From NCBI GenBank assembly GCA_963785305.1, contig CAWAUV010000008.1, positions 640,001 to 704,000 on the forward strand: DNA of 64,000 nt, read 5' to 3'. Positions 12,118 to 23,481 of this stretch are shown here, piece after piece. Below the pieces are notes generated by a model that saw only the letters and a program-made list of their open reading frames with translations, was not told where the DNA came from and searched no databases. Both the position numbers and the translations under genes were made by a program. Source of the stretch: an uncultured Planctomycetaceae bacterium. Its GTDB lineage: Bacteria; Planctomycetota; Planctomycetia; Pirellulales; PALSA-1355. The stretch's first letter is position 1; every line of letters starts with the position of its first letter.

Positions 12118-14893
12118 ATGTTTTCGACCTACCTCCTCATATCGTTTTGGGGTCGCCGGCCCCGAAATTGGGTTTTCCCTCGCGTCGTCGTGGGCTCCGG
12201 TTGGACCCGCGTGTTTAGGGCGACATTGGCGATTGTCGTGATCGGTGAAATGGCGCAGCCTTGCCGGGCCGAGGAACAGGCCCAGCAGGATCCCGCCGCG
12301 CTCGAATTCTTCGAGAAACGAGTACGGCCGTTGCTGGCGGACAATTGTTACACTTGCCATTCGGCCAATACGAAGGCCGCTGGCGAGCTGCGGGTCGACG
12401 ATCGCAACGGTCTACTGCACGGCGGCGGTCGCGGTTCCGCGATTGTGATCGGAGATCCCGACAAGAGCTTGCTCGTGGAGGCCGTATCGCACACGCGCGG
12501 CGACCTGAAGATGCCGCCCAACAAGCAGCTCGCGCCGGAACAGATCGACACGCTGAAGCAATGGATCGCCAGCGGCGCCGTCTGGCCGCTGGAATCGCTG
12601 CCCGATGACGCTTCCAGTCGGCATGTGGACTACGATCAACTTCGGAGCGAACATTGGGCGTGGCGCCCATTCGGTTCGCCAACGCCGCCGCAATCGATCG
12701 ACGATGCCTGGAGCCGCTCGGACCTCGACCGTTTTCTGTGGAGTCGCCTGCGCGAGCACAACCTCACGCCGGCGCGACGCCGACAAAATCACGCTCATTC
12801 GTCGCGTGACATTCGACCTGACCGGACTGCCGCCAACTCCAAGCGAGATCGACGCCTTTGTCTCCGACGACTCGAGCGACCCGCTGGAAAAAGTGGTCGA
12901 CCGATTGCTCGCTTCTCCGGCCTTTGGCGAGCGATGGGGGCGCCACTGGCTCGATGTGGCCCGTTATGGCGAATCGACCGGCTCGTCTCGAAACGTGCCC
13001 TATCCCCAGGCTTGGCGCTACCGCGACTACGTGATCGCGGCCTTCAACGCGGACAAGCCGTTCGACGAATTCATCCACGAGCAGTTGGCCGGCGACTTGC
13101 TGCCCGCCCAGTCGACCGCCGATCACGAGGAAAACGTGATCGCCACGGGATTCCTGGCCTTGGGCGTCAAGGATGTCAATCAGCGTTTCAAAGTCCGCTT
13201 CGTCATGGACAATGTCGACGAGCAGATCGACACCGTGAGCCGATCGCTTCTCGCGCTCACCGTGAGCTGCGCCCGCTGCCACGATCACAAGTTCGACCCC
13301 GTGCCCACCGCCGACTATTACGCGCTCGCGGGCATCTTCACCAGCACCGACCTGTGCGCGGGAGTGCGGAACAAAATGGGCGGCGGCGGGCTGGATTATT
13401 ACGACACCGACAAGCTCATTTATCTGGGTGAAGGAAAGCCCGCGAACGACGCGGCGACAGATGAAAAAATCGAAAACCTGAAGCGCGACTTGAACGAGGC
13501 TCAAGCGGCCTTCAACGCCTTCAAGGGCAACCCCGAGGGAGATGTCAAGGGGCCGGACGGTCGCCCCAAGCGTGCCATCGCGAGGCAGCGAATGAATAAA
13601 CTGCGAAATGAGCTTTTTCAACTGACCGATCCCGCCGCGAGTGGAGCGGCGGTGGCGATCGGAGTCCGCGAGGCAAAACAGATCGCCGATACCGAGATCC
13701 GCATTCGTGGCGAAGCCGAAAAGCTGGGGCCGGTGTCGCCTCGCGGTTTCCTGTCGCTTCTCGCCTTTCCCGATCAGCCGCGCGTCGGCCCCGCGCAAAG
13801 TGGCCGCCTCGAATTGGCACAGTGGCTAACGCATCCGGCAAATCCACTGACGCCGCGCGTGATGGTCAACCGCATTTGGCAGCGGCTGTTCGGCGAGGGC
13901 CTGGTGCGGAGCGTCGATAATTTTGGATCCACGGGCGACGTGCCCTCGAATCCCGAGTTGCTGGATTACCTGGCCATTCATTTCCGTCAGGATGGCTGGA
14001 GCGTGAAACGACTGATTCGCTCCGTCGTGCTGAGCCACGCGTATCGCCTGGGTAGCGAGGCAAGCGGTGAGGCGATGAACGTCGATCCGGCCAATCGCCT
14101 GATCTGGCGGCACAGTCCGCGCTGGCTCGACGCCGAGGAGTTGCGCGACGCCGCGCTGGCGGCCGCCGGCGCCTTGGAATCGAAGCCGGCCGAAGCTTCG
14201 ATCGCGAAAAGCTTGAAGGTGGTCGAAATGAACAATATTGGCGCGGATGCCCGACGGGTCGGCGAGGCGGCGCGAGCGAGTCGCCATCGGAGCGTTTATC
14301 TGCCGCTGTTGCGTGGTCTCACGCCGACATCGCTCGAGGTGTTCGACTTCGCCGAGCAAGGCATGGTCACTGGCCGTCGCGAGCCGACCACGGTTGCTCC
14401 CCAGGCGCTTTACTTGCTCAACGACCCGTTCGTTCGCCGCCGGTCGTTGGAACTGGCCGAGCGAGTGCTTCGTGAGAACCTGTCCAACGACGTCGATCGC
14501 CTGCAGCTTGCGTATCGGTTGACCCTGGGACGGGATGGAACACCGAGCGAGATCGATCGCGCTCGAAACTACCTCGCCAGCTATGAGTCGGCCTGGGCGG
14601 AACGCTTGCCCGCGACCGGTTCGCCCGAACCGCAATCGGCGGAGACCAGTGGCGATTCAAATCTCGTGGCGGCGGCGAACGACGCTGGCGCGGCCAGCGC
14701 CGAGTCGAAGTCGGAAGCGAAGTCGGCGGAGCCCGAGAAGCCGGCGCCCCCGCCGGTGAACCCCGACCAAATCGTGGCGGTCGCGGCGCCGGTCAAAGAA
14801 GAGGTGATTGCCGCGCCAGATGCCAAGACCGCCGCTTGGGCCAGTTTTTGCCAGGCCTTATTTGGCTCGGCGGAATTTCGCTGTGCCCGCTGA
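12118..14893 (+). CDS. PSD1/PSCyt (DUF1549/DUF1553) planctomycete cytochrome c domain protein (apparent frameshift near 12775; start uncertain)
   Basis: FFEKRVRPLL..CYTCH, HWAW, LIRRVTFDLTGLPP, GERWGRHWLDVARY, CARCHDHKFDP, RVMVNRIWQ. Confidence 0.9.
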
Positions 14894-14978
14894 TATTGCC
14901 AGGGCGTGGCCACGGTTTGTCGCGCCGCCATGTTAAGTTCGATCTACATTCCTATCTTGCTTCGAAAGGCGAAAGCAA

Positions 14979-16389
14979 ATGACCGCGCCATTCGGCCCCC
15001 AACGATTTCCCGCGCAGTTTCCCGCCGCGACGCGCTCAAGAGCGCCAGCGCCGGCTTCGGCTTCCTGGCGCTCGCCAGCATGCTCGGCGACACGACGCCC
15101 AGATTGAAAGCCGCGACCCCGGACGCCCAGCCGGCCCATGCGAAACCGGGCCCGCTCGCGCCAAGGCGCCCCATTTTCCGGCCAAGGCCAAGCGAATCAT
15201 CTTCTTGTTCATGCAGGGCTCCTTGTCTCAGATGGATACCTGGGAATACAAGGAGGCATTGCAAAAGAGCGATGGCAAGTTCGGCCCGGGGGGAGGCGTG
15301 CTCACCGCGTCGAAGTTCAAATTCAACCAATATGGCGAGACGGGAACCTGGGTCTCGGAGTTATTTCCCCACACGGCCCAGCATGTCGATAAACTATGCT
15401 TCCTCCGCGGTTTGCACACCGACACGCCCGCACATCCCCAGGCGGTCATTCAGTTGCACACCGGCACGGCTCTCGCCTCGCTCACGCGTCCTTCGATGGG
15501 CGCGTGGCTCATGTATGGTCTCGGCACGGAGAACCAAGACCTGCCGGGCTACATCACGATCAACCCGGTTCCCAACTTCGGCGGCGCGGTGAACTATGGC
15601 AGCGCCTTCTTGCCGGCTCATTTTCAAGGCACGCGGATCAACGACATGGGGTATGTGCCCAATCTCAAGGCGCAAACGCCCACCGATTTGCAGCGACGTC
15701 AAATCGACCTCGTGCAAACGATGAATCGCGAGTTCGCCGCCGCCCCCGGCGCGCCGGAGCAACTCGATGGCGTGATTCAGTCGTATGAACTGGCCTTCAC
15801 CATGCAAGGCAAGGTGCCGGAGTTGCTCGATATTTCCAGGGAACCGCAAGCCGTGCGCGACGCGTATGGCGTGAAGCCCGGCGCGGCCGGCAGCTTTGCT
15901 CGCCAGTGCCTGATGGCCCGGCGGTTGAGCGAGGCGGGGGTTCGGTTTGTCGAAGTCTGCCATCCGGGCTGGGATCAACATAACAATTTGCATAAAGGGC
16001 TGATCAACAATTCGCTGGCGACCGATCAGCCAACCGCGGCTTTGCTCGCCGACCTGGAACAGCGCGGGTTGCTCGAAGACACGCTCGTGCTCTTCGGCAG
16101 CGAATTTGGAAGGCTGCCAACCGCCCAGGGACCCGATGGTCGCGACCACAACATCACGGGCTATCCCATGTGGCTCGCGGGAGCTGGAGTGAAAAAGGGC
16201 TTTTCCCACGGCGCGACGGACGAATATGGCCTGCACGCCGTGGAGGGCAGGATGCATACCACCGATCTGCACGCCACGCTGTTGGCCCTGATGGGGCTCG
16301 ACCACGAGCGGCTCACCTATCGCTACGCGGGCCGCGACTTCCGCCTGACGGATGTCGCCGGCACGGTCGTGCGTGATATTTTCGCGTGA
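14979..16389 (+). CDS. DUF1501 family protein with Tat-like signal (apparent frameshifts near 15000 and 15161)
   Basis: SRRDAL..GFG.LAL; AKRIIFLFMQG..SQMD; CLMARRL.E.GVRFV; GWDQH; SEFGR.P; GRDH; GRDFRLTDV. Confidence 0.9.
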
Positions 16390-16490
16390 TGAAGCACGGA
16401 TCCTTCTCTTCGACGGCATCTTTTTCTTCGCGCGAGCCAATCGCTCTTCGCGGTCCTCGCCAAAGTCGTTTTTCGAGTCATATCCTTGGA

Positions 16491-17927
16491 ATGGAACAAC
16501 CCATGATCGCCACTGAAACTCGGCGCCAGCGCAACCGCTGGATGTCGACCGTCTTGATCGCCGCGGCCAGTTTTCCGATCGGACCGCCCGCATTCGCGGC
16601 CGAGAGCGCGAAGCAGCCGAACATTCTGGTAATCGTGGCCGACGATCTCGGCTATGGCGACGTCGGATTCAACGGCTGCAAGGATATTCCAACTCCCAAC
16701 ATCGACGGCATCGCCGCCGCTGGCGTGCGCTGCTCAAATGGCTATGTCTCCTGCCCCGTTTGCAGTCCGACGCGAGCCGGCCTGTTGACCTCGCGCTATC
16801 AAGAGCGCTTCGGACATGAATTCAATCCGGGACCGATCGAAGACACCGAGAAGGCCGCGGAGTTCGGCCTCCCACTCACCGAGACAACTCTGGCCAATTC
16901 GCTGAAGAGCGCGGGCTATTCGACCGGGCTGGTGGGCAAATGGCATCTCGGCTTTGACGAAAAATATCGGCCGCAACAGCGAGGATTCGACGAATTTTTT
17001 GGCTTCCTGGGAGGGGCGCATCAGTATTTCCAACGCGGCAAGGGCAAGGCGGCGCAAGCCGCGCCCATCTATCGCGGCAACACGCCCGTCGACGAATCGG
17101 AATATCTGACCGACGCTTTCACGCGGGAGGCGGTCGCGTTTCTCGATCGTCGGCAAGACAAGCCGTTTTTCTTGTTGTTGACCTACAACGCCGTGCATAA
17201 CCCGCTGCAAGCGCCGGAGAAATATTTGTCGCGTTTCAGCGGCATCTCGGATGAACAGCGACGCACCTACGCGGCGATGCTGAGCGCGCTCAACGATGGC
17301 GTCGGCAAGGTCATGGAAACATTGCGCAAGAAGGGGCTCGAGGAGAACACGCTGATCTTTTTCATCAGCGACAATGGCGGCCCCACCAAGGGCAACGGCA
17401 GCAACAACGGGCCGTTGCGCGGAGATAAAGCCACGGTGTGGGAGGGAGGAATCCGTATTCCCTTCCTGATCCAATGGAAAGGCAAATTGCCGGGCGGCAA
17501 GGTGTATGACCAACCGGTGATCTCGCTCGACATCGGCGCCACGGCCGCCGCGGCCGCGGGGGCCGCTCATGGCGGCGGTAAACCTATCGACGGCGTGAAC
17601 CTTTTGCCTTTCGTGCTGGGCGAAGCCAAGCAACCGCCGCACGAAACGCTGTATTGGCGATTTGGCCAACAGCATGCCATTCGGCAAGGCAATTACAAAT
17701 TGCTCCAACGCAACAAGCAGCCGCAAGAGCTTTATGACCTGGCCGCGGACCCCGGCGAGCAACACGATCTGGCTGGAGAGAAGCGCGAGATCGTCGATCA
17801 GCTAAACAAGAGCTATTCGGTTTGGAATGCCGAACTGGCAGCGCCTCTGTGGCGCGGCCAAGGCGGACAAAAAAAACAGCAGAAGGCGAAACAAGCAAGT
17901 AATTCCGCGCAAACGGGGAAGAGCTAA
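16491..17927 (+). CDS. Formylglycine-dependent sulfatase (arylsulfatase A-like)
   Basis: PNILVIVADDLG, CSPTRAGLLT (CxPxR), GKWHLG, SDNG, ELYDLAADPGE. Confidence 0.93.
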   Translation: MEQPMIATETRRQRNRWMSTVLIAAASFPIGPPAFAAESAKQPNILVIVADDLGYGDVGFNGCKDIPTPNIDGIAAAGVRCSNGYVSCPVCSPTRAGLLTSRYQERFGHEFNPGPIEDTEKAAEFGLPLTETTLANSLKSAGYSTGLVGKWHLGFDEKYRPQQRGFDEFFGFLGGAHQYFQRGKGKAAQAAPIYRGNTPVDESEYLTDAFTREAVAFLDRRQDKPFFLLLTYNAVHNPLQAPEKYLSRFSGISDEQRRTYAAMLSALNDGVGKVMETLRKKGLEENTLIFFISDNGGPTKGNGSNNGPLRGDKATVWEGGIRIPFLIQWKGKLPGGKVYDQPVISLDIGATAAAAAGAAHGGGKPIDGVNLLPFVLGEAKQPPHETLYWRFGQQHAIRQGNYKLLQRNKQPQELYDLAADPGEQHDLAGEKREIVDQLNKSYSVWNAELAAPLWRGQGGQKKQQKAKQASNSAQTGKS

Positions 17928-18097
17928 TCCGATCATGGCGCTCGGAAATTAGGTATGCTGAATAGGGAATCGCGCGAGAGAATCGCGGCGAAGCGGTCGC
18001 GCGGTCGTTGGCCCAGGCGACGCCCGTCGGCTGATATTGGCGGACTCGCGGGCTTTGGCGCGAGCTGGGCATTGAGTTCTGGAAACCTCGCGGAGCG

Positions 18098-19489
18098 ATG
18101 ATGAAAACCGATCCGCCAGCGTCTTCATTGGCGCCGATCCGATTTCTTTTCGCGGCGATCGTTCGGCTGAGCTTGCTGGGAGCTTTGCTGGGCGCGGCGC
18201 CTGTTTCGGCCGCCGAGGAGCCCGATGCCGAGGTGGTCGCTCGGAAGAAGCTGCAACAGCAACTCACCAGTCGCAAGAGCGGCGAGCGACGCGAAGCGAT
18301 CGAAGCGCTGAGTACTAAATATCCCGGCGCCGATGTCGCGAAATCGTGTATCTCGCGCGGTCTCAAGGACAAGGACGAGGAAGTGCGTCGCGCGGCCGAC
18401 AACGCGCTGATGGCCATGAAGGACAATCCCGAGGTTTGTAAATATCTTGTCGATACGTTGACCAAGGAAGGACGCTCGAAAGGCGGACTGGAGTCGGTCG
18501 CTCCGATCATTCGCGCCCTGCTGGCCTCGAATGCGCCGGAGGCCAAGGAGGGAGTATTCGGCTATTTGGACAAGGTGTCGGACACTACGCCTGAAGCCGT
18601 CGTGATGATGTCGGATACCGCCGAGGAGTTGGGCAAAAGGGCATTGCCCGCCGAGCTTCCCCAACTCGCGGCGATGGCGAAGTCGAAGACGTTCGAGCGG
18701 GAGTTCGGCTTTCGCCGCGCCGTGGTCCGCGCGGCAACGCGCTATAGGAACAAAGAGGCCGTGGCTTTGTTGATTCGCGTGTTAGGAAATGAAAAAGGGG
18801 AGCTGCGCGGCGACATCATCGAGTATCTGGGGCAACTGACCGGCGAAACGTTCGGCGTCAACATCGACGCGTGGCTCAATTGGTGGAAAGAGCATGAACG
18901 GACTTTTCAGTATCCGAATCGTCCCGCGCCCCCTTCGGCGCGATCGGTCGTCAAGGGCAACGCCGCGGGGTCGTATTATGGAATTCCCCTCTATGCGAAG
19001 CGCATGGTGTTCGTGCTCGACACATCGAATAGCATGCGCGGCGAGCGCATCGTGGCGGCGAAGCGTGACCTCGTCAGCGCGGTCAGCGCCTTGGACGAGG
19101 ATTGTTACTTTGGACTGCTCACGTTCAACAGCGGAGTGTATGTCTGGCAGAAGGCGTTGGTGAGGGCCGACGCCAAAAGCAAGCGCGAGGCCGAGTACTG
19201 GATCATGGATCAAAACCTCGCCGTCCGAACCGCTTCGTTCGACGCCCTCGAGGCGGCCATGCAATTCGACGCCGAGGCGATCTACTTCCTGACCGACGGC
19301 GCCCCGTCCGGCGGTCGGATCGATGACCCGGTCGAAATCGTGAAGGCCATCAGCCTGCTGAATCGCGCGCGACGCGAGTCGATCTATTCGATTGGCGTGG
19401 GATTGAAGCGTGCGGGCAACAAGCACGAAAACTTCTTGAAGTCCCTGTCGGCCGAGAATTACGGCATCTATCGGCGCGTGGACGAGTAA
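18098..19489 (+). CDS. Secreted HEAT-repeat + von Willebrand factor A domain protein
   Basis: Signal peptide; HEAT-like motifs (LKDKDEEVRRAA); C-terminal vWA with MIDAS DTSNSM and FLTDG. Confidence 0.82.
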   Translation: MMKTDPPASSLAPIRFLFAAIVRLSLLGALLGAAPVSAAEEPDAEVVARKKLQQQLTSRKSGERREAIEALSTKYPGADVAKSCISRGLKDKDEEVRRAADNALMAMKDNPEVCKYLVDTLTKEGRSKGGLESVAPIIRALLASNAPEAKEGVFGYLDKVSDTTPEAVVMMSDTAEELGKRALPAELPQLAAMAKSKTFEREFGFRRAVVRAATRYRNKEAVALLIRVLGNEKGELRGDIIEYLGQLTGETFGVNIDAWLNWWKEHERTFQYPNRPAPPSARSVVKGNAAGSYYGIPLYAKRMVFVLDTSNSMRGERIVAAKRDLVSAVSALDEDCYFGLLTFNSGVYVWQKALVRADAKSKREAEYWIMDQNLAVRTASFDALEAAMQFDAEAIYFLTDGAPSGGRIDDPVEIVKAISLLNRARRESIYSIGVGLKRAGNKHENFLKSLSAENYGIYRRVDE

Positions 19490-19545
19490 GAACCTATCCC
19501 CCAATTCCCTCCTCTCCCGTCATGAGGAAGGGAGGTAAGGGCTAT

Positions 19546-19958
19546 CAGTTTGTTGAAATATTCAACAGGCTGCTCAGGCTGCCTTGTTCCGGAGTTGGGC
19601 ATGTGCTTGGCACGCGAAATGCACGGCCTGCACGGCCTGGACGAGCAATCCGATTCCGCGACTACCCCGCACGGCCGCCACCAGTATAATGCATGGCTTG
19701 CGGGAAGCCGCATGGCCGCTTGCACTCCAGAACCCCCAAGAGGAGGGGGTCACCCGATAAAAGCGCCCGTGATCGACGTTGCCCCTTGCCGGTCCGCGCG
19801 TCATTCCCTTGCCGCAGCCGCGCCAGAACGAGCCGCAGTGGCTCGCGGGGGAGCCGTCAAGGCTGTTCCGCCGAGCGCGGCGAACCGGCGGCGGGGGCGG
19901 GTTAACGACCTAGCGACGCCTGATAGCGGCGAAGTCGGTTGAAATATTCAACAGGCTG
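19546..19958. mobile_element. Putative non-autonomous IS derivative/MITE with palindromic ends
   Basis: 21-bp direct repeat GTTGAAATATTCAACAGGCTG at 19552 and 19938. Left end CAGTTTGTTGAA versus reverse complement of right end CAGCCTGTTGAA (10/12). No credible ORF inside. Confidence 0.5.
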
Positions 19959-20001
19959 TTGGTCAGTTGACGGCGTAATCCGCGAATGAAAGGGCATCGC
20001 A

Positions 20002-23000
20002 ATGAACAAGGCGGAGAAGAGCCCCAGTTCCGCGAACCCGACGGTCGTGGCTCTGGATCACCCGATCACGCTCACCATGATGATCGTGGGTCTGCTCAGT
20101 CTTGGATTTCTGGCTTTTGAGAAGATGCAAGTCAACATCTTCCCCTCGCTGAACACTCCCAAGATTTATGTCTTTCTGGATTTCATCGGGATGAGCCCCG
20201 ACCAGATCGAGGGCTTCGTGATCAACGAGTTGGAGTTGTACTTCCAATACGTCGACGGGGTCTCGGACATCAAATCGCGGAATATTCAGCAGGTGGGACT
20301 GGTCGAGTTGTCGTTCTTCAACGACACGGACATGGGCCAGGCGATGGCGCAGGTCGTGGCGATGTCCGACCGATCGATGGCGTGGATGCCGCCCGGGGCA
20401 TTGCCGCCCATGATCATGCGCATGGATCAGGGCAGCGTGCCGATCGGCTACTTGGTCTTCCGCAGCGAGGACAACAAAACAAGCCTCGGCGCCATGGGGG
20501 ATTTAGCCAACAACCTCATTCGCCCCTTGGTGCAAAAAAACGTTCCCGGCACCGTGGCCATTTCTCCTTTCGGTCCGAACATGCGGTCGATCGTCATCAA
20601 CGTCGATCCTCGCAAGCTCTTGACCTACAACTTGAATCCAGAGCATATCATCGAGGCGTTGCGGAAGGGAAATACGGTCATTCCCTCCGGAAACGTTTAT
20701 GTTCATGATTCGATGCCCATCGTGCATAATGACGCGACGGTGGTGGATATCCAACGCCTCGGGAATATTCCCTTGAAGCCGGGATGGAACGTCTATCTCC
20801 GCGACGTGGCGACCGTCGAGGACGCGACCGATATTACCTATGGCTATGCGCTGGTAAATGGCGAAACGGCGATCCACCTGCCGATCATTAAGAAAGACAC
20901 CGGCTCGGCGCTGCAGGTGGTGTCGGATGTGCGCAAGTCGCTGCAAGTCTTCAATAACGCCGTTCCCAAGGATGTCAAGATCACGTTCGAATTCGACGAG
21001 TCGCCGACCGTGGTTCATGCCGTCGAGAGCGTGGCCACCGAGGGCGCGATCGGGGCCGGTTTGACCGGACTGATGATTCTTCTGTTTCTCGGCGATTGGC
21101 GCAGCGTGCTCGTCGTCGTCAGCAACATTCCCTTGGCTCTGACGGGATCGTTGTTCGGCCTGTGGGCGACGGGCAACTCGATCAATATCATGTCGCTCGG
21201 CGGCATGGCGCTCTCGATCGGCATTCTCGTCGACGAGGGAACGGTGACCATCGAGAACACGCACGTGCAACTGGAGAACACTTCCAATACGGCCACGGCG
21301 GCGCTGCGCGCCAGTCAAGCCACCGCGGTCGCGCGATTTCTCGCCCTGCTCTGCATCTTGTCGGTGTTCATTCCGGCCTTCGTCATGAAGGACCCATTGC
21401 GCGCGCTCTTCATGCCGCTGACGCTCGGCGTGGGCTTTTCCTTGATTTTCTCGTATGTGCTCTCCAGTACCTTGGTGCCCGTGCTGAGCGTCTACTTGCT
21501 GAAGCCCAAGGAGAAGCAAGGCGAAGTCGAGAATAGCCAAAAGAAGCCCGGATTGTTCGCCCGCTTCACCAAACGATACGCGGCCGTAATCGGCTGGTGC
21601 ATCGAACGGCGTGGGTGGGTGGTTTCGACATACGTCGTCTCGTGCCTGTTGGTGCTGGTATTGGTGGGGCTGCAAGTCGGCAGGGAATTGTTCCCGAGGA
21701 TTGATTCCGGCGAATTCGTGCTGCGATTTCGTCCGCCCGCGGGTTCGAGCTACGAACTGACTCGCGAGATGGCGGTGATGTGCCTGAAAGAGATCGAAAA
21801 GGAGGCCGGCCCGGGCAACGTGATGATCTCGCTGGGGTTCGCCGGTCAGGTCGCTCCGAACTTCGGCATCGACAACATGGTGCTGTTCATGCGCGGGCCC
21901 GACGATGGCTGGCTTCGCGTCAAGCTCAACGACAAGGCCGGCATCGTGCTCGACACGTTTCGCGAGCGTCTCCGCGAGGTCTTGCCCAAGAATATCGTGC
22001 CGTGGATGGCCCAACGATTGGTGATGGGTGGGTTGGACGAGGAAAAGGCGCGCGACGAAGCGCAAAAATGCTCATTCGGATTCGAGCCGGGGGATATTGT
22101 CAGCCAAGTGATGAGCTTCGGCGCCACGAAGCCCATCACTGTTCGGGTTGTCGGCACCGATTACGAGGAGGTCCGCGCCCATTCGGAACGGATATTCCAA
22201 GAAGTAAAGAAACTCTCCCATCTCCGCGACATCGCGTTCGAGCAGACGCTGGATTACCCGACCATCGAAGTAACGATCGACCGCGAGATGGCCGGCCTGA
22301 TCGGCATTACGCCCGAGCACATCAAGCGTTCGCTCGTCATGGCCACGAGCTCGACCCGGTTCACGAATCTGAATTACTGGATCGACACGAAAACCGGGTT
22401 TGATTACTTGGTGCAGCTTCAAGTGCCGCCCATGAAGCTGATCGAACCGCAGGACGTTGAACAACTGCCTCTGGAGTCCGTTAACGTCTATGTGCCCCTG
22501 ATGCTGCGAGACGTGATCCGCAACGGTCACGTCATGGAGAGCGTTCGACCCGGCGAATATGACCGCGACTTGTCCGAACGCTACCTCGAAATCGGCGCCA
22601 ACGTCGAGGGGGAGGACACGGGTCGGGCCATCGACCAAGTGCGCAAGGCGGTCAAAAAGGCCGGCAAAGCGCCCCGGGGAGTGCGCATCGAGGAGCAGGG
22701 AGCGATTCCGCAGATGACCAAGATGTTTCAGGCCCTCGAGATCGGCATGGGGATCGCCATCTTCGTCATTCTGGTGCTTTTGGCCGCGTATTTCCAATCG
22801 CCGCGGCTGGCCGTGGTTTCCTTGGGAGCAGTGCCCGGCGTTCTCGCCGGAATCGTGGTCATGCTTTACTGCACCGGCACCACGCTCAATATCGAGTCGT
22901 TCATGGGTTCGATCATGTGTCTCGGCGTGTCGGTGTCGAACTCGGTGATGATGGTGACCTTCATGGACGAGCACTGGAGATCGGGAAAAAGTTCCCGCGA

Positions 23001-23409
23001 CGCGGCGCTCCAGGGCGGGGAAGAACGACTGCGGCCGATTTTGATGACGGCATGCGCCATGTCGATCGGCATGGTGCCGATGGCGCTGGCGCTCGAGAAG
23101 GGCAGCCAGATGGAGGCGCCGCTCGGCCGGGCAGTCATCGGTGGCTTGGTGGCCTCGACCTTCGCCACGCTGTTGCTCGTGCCGGCGATTTTCGCGGCCA
23201 CGATCGGAAGCAAACAATACAACTCGCCATCGCTGAACCCGTCAAACCCCGACAGCGAACATTACGACACGAAGGCATACGGTGGCTCGGGAGAGCAAGA
23301 TAACGATGGCCAGGACAGTCAGGGCCAGGGCCGGCGGGGCGACAACGAGAAACAGAGCGACCACGGGAAGCAGGGCGGCGACGGGCAAGAGGACGACGAG
23401 GGAAAATAG
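20002..23409 (+). CDS. RND efflux transporter permease subunit (AcrB/CusA family)
   Basis: 1135 aa with RND topology; INIMSLGGMALSIGILVDE, RLRPILMT, APLGRAVIGG. Confidence 0.93.
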   Translation: MNKAEKSPSSANPTVVALDHPITLTMMIVGLLSLGFLAFEKMQVNIFPSLNTPKIYVFLDFIGMSPDQIEGFVINELELYFQYVDGVSDIKSRNIQQVGLVELSFFNDTDMGQAMAQVVAMSDRSMAWMPPGALPPMIMRMDQGSVPIGYLVFRSEDNKTSLGAMGDLANNLIRPLVQKNVPGTVAISPFGPNMRSIVINVDPRKLLTYNLNPEHIIEALRKGNTVIPSGNVYVHDSMPIVHNDATVVDIQRLGNIPLKPGWNVYLRDVATVEDATDITYGYALVNGETAIHLPIIKKDTGSALQVVSDVRKSLQVFNNAVPKDVKITFEFDESPTVVHAVESVATEGAIGAGLTGLMILLFLGDWRSVLVVVSNIPLALTGSLFGLWATGNSINIMSLGGMALSIGILVDEGTVTIENTHVQLENTSNTATAALRASQATAVARFLALLCILSVFIPAFVMKDPLRALFMPLTLGVGFSLIFSYVLSSTLVPVLSVYLLKPKEKQGEVENSQKKPGLFARFTKRYAAVIGWCIERRGWVVSTYVVSCLLVLVLVGLQVGRELFPRIDSGEFVLRFRPPAGSSYELTREMAVMCLKEIEKEAGPGNVMISLGFAGQVAPNFGIDNMVLFMRGPDDGWLRVKLNDKAGIVLDTFRERLREVLPKNIVPWMAQRLVMGGLDEEKARDEAQKCSFGFEPGDIVSQVMSFGATKPITVRVVGTDYEEVRAHSERIFQEVKKLSHLRDIAFEQTLDYPTIEVTIDREMAGLIGITPEHIKRSLVMATSSTRFTNLNYWIDTKTGFDYLVQLQVPPMKLIEPQDVEQLPLESVNVYVPLMLRDVIRNGHVMESVRPGEYDRDLSERYLEIGANVEGEDTGRAIDQVRKAVKKAGKAPRGVRIEEQGAIPQMTKMFQALEIGMGIAIFVILVLLAAYFQSPRLAVVSLGAVPGVLAGIVVMLYCTGTTLNIESFMGSIMCLGVSVSNSVMMVTFMDEHWRSGKSSRDAALQGGEERLRPILMTACAMSIGMVPMALALEKGSQMEAPLGRAVIGGLVASTFATLLLVPAIFAATIGSKQYNSPSLNPSNPDSEHYDTKAYGGSGEQDNDGQDSQGQGRRGDNEKQSDHGKQGGDGQEDDEGK

Positions 23410-23481
23410 CCGCGCAATGAAGACAAACGATTGCCACGAGCGCAATCCGGATCGCTTGTTAAACAGTGGAAACCGAACAAC

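Noticed and set aside
19490..19545. Pyrimidine/purine inverted segment after the vWA gene as a terminator
   Set aside because: Pairing is imperfect and there is no U-tract, so it is too weak to call.
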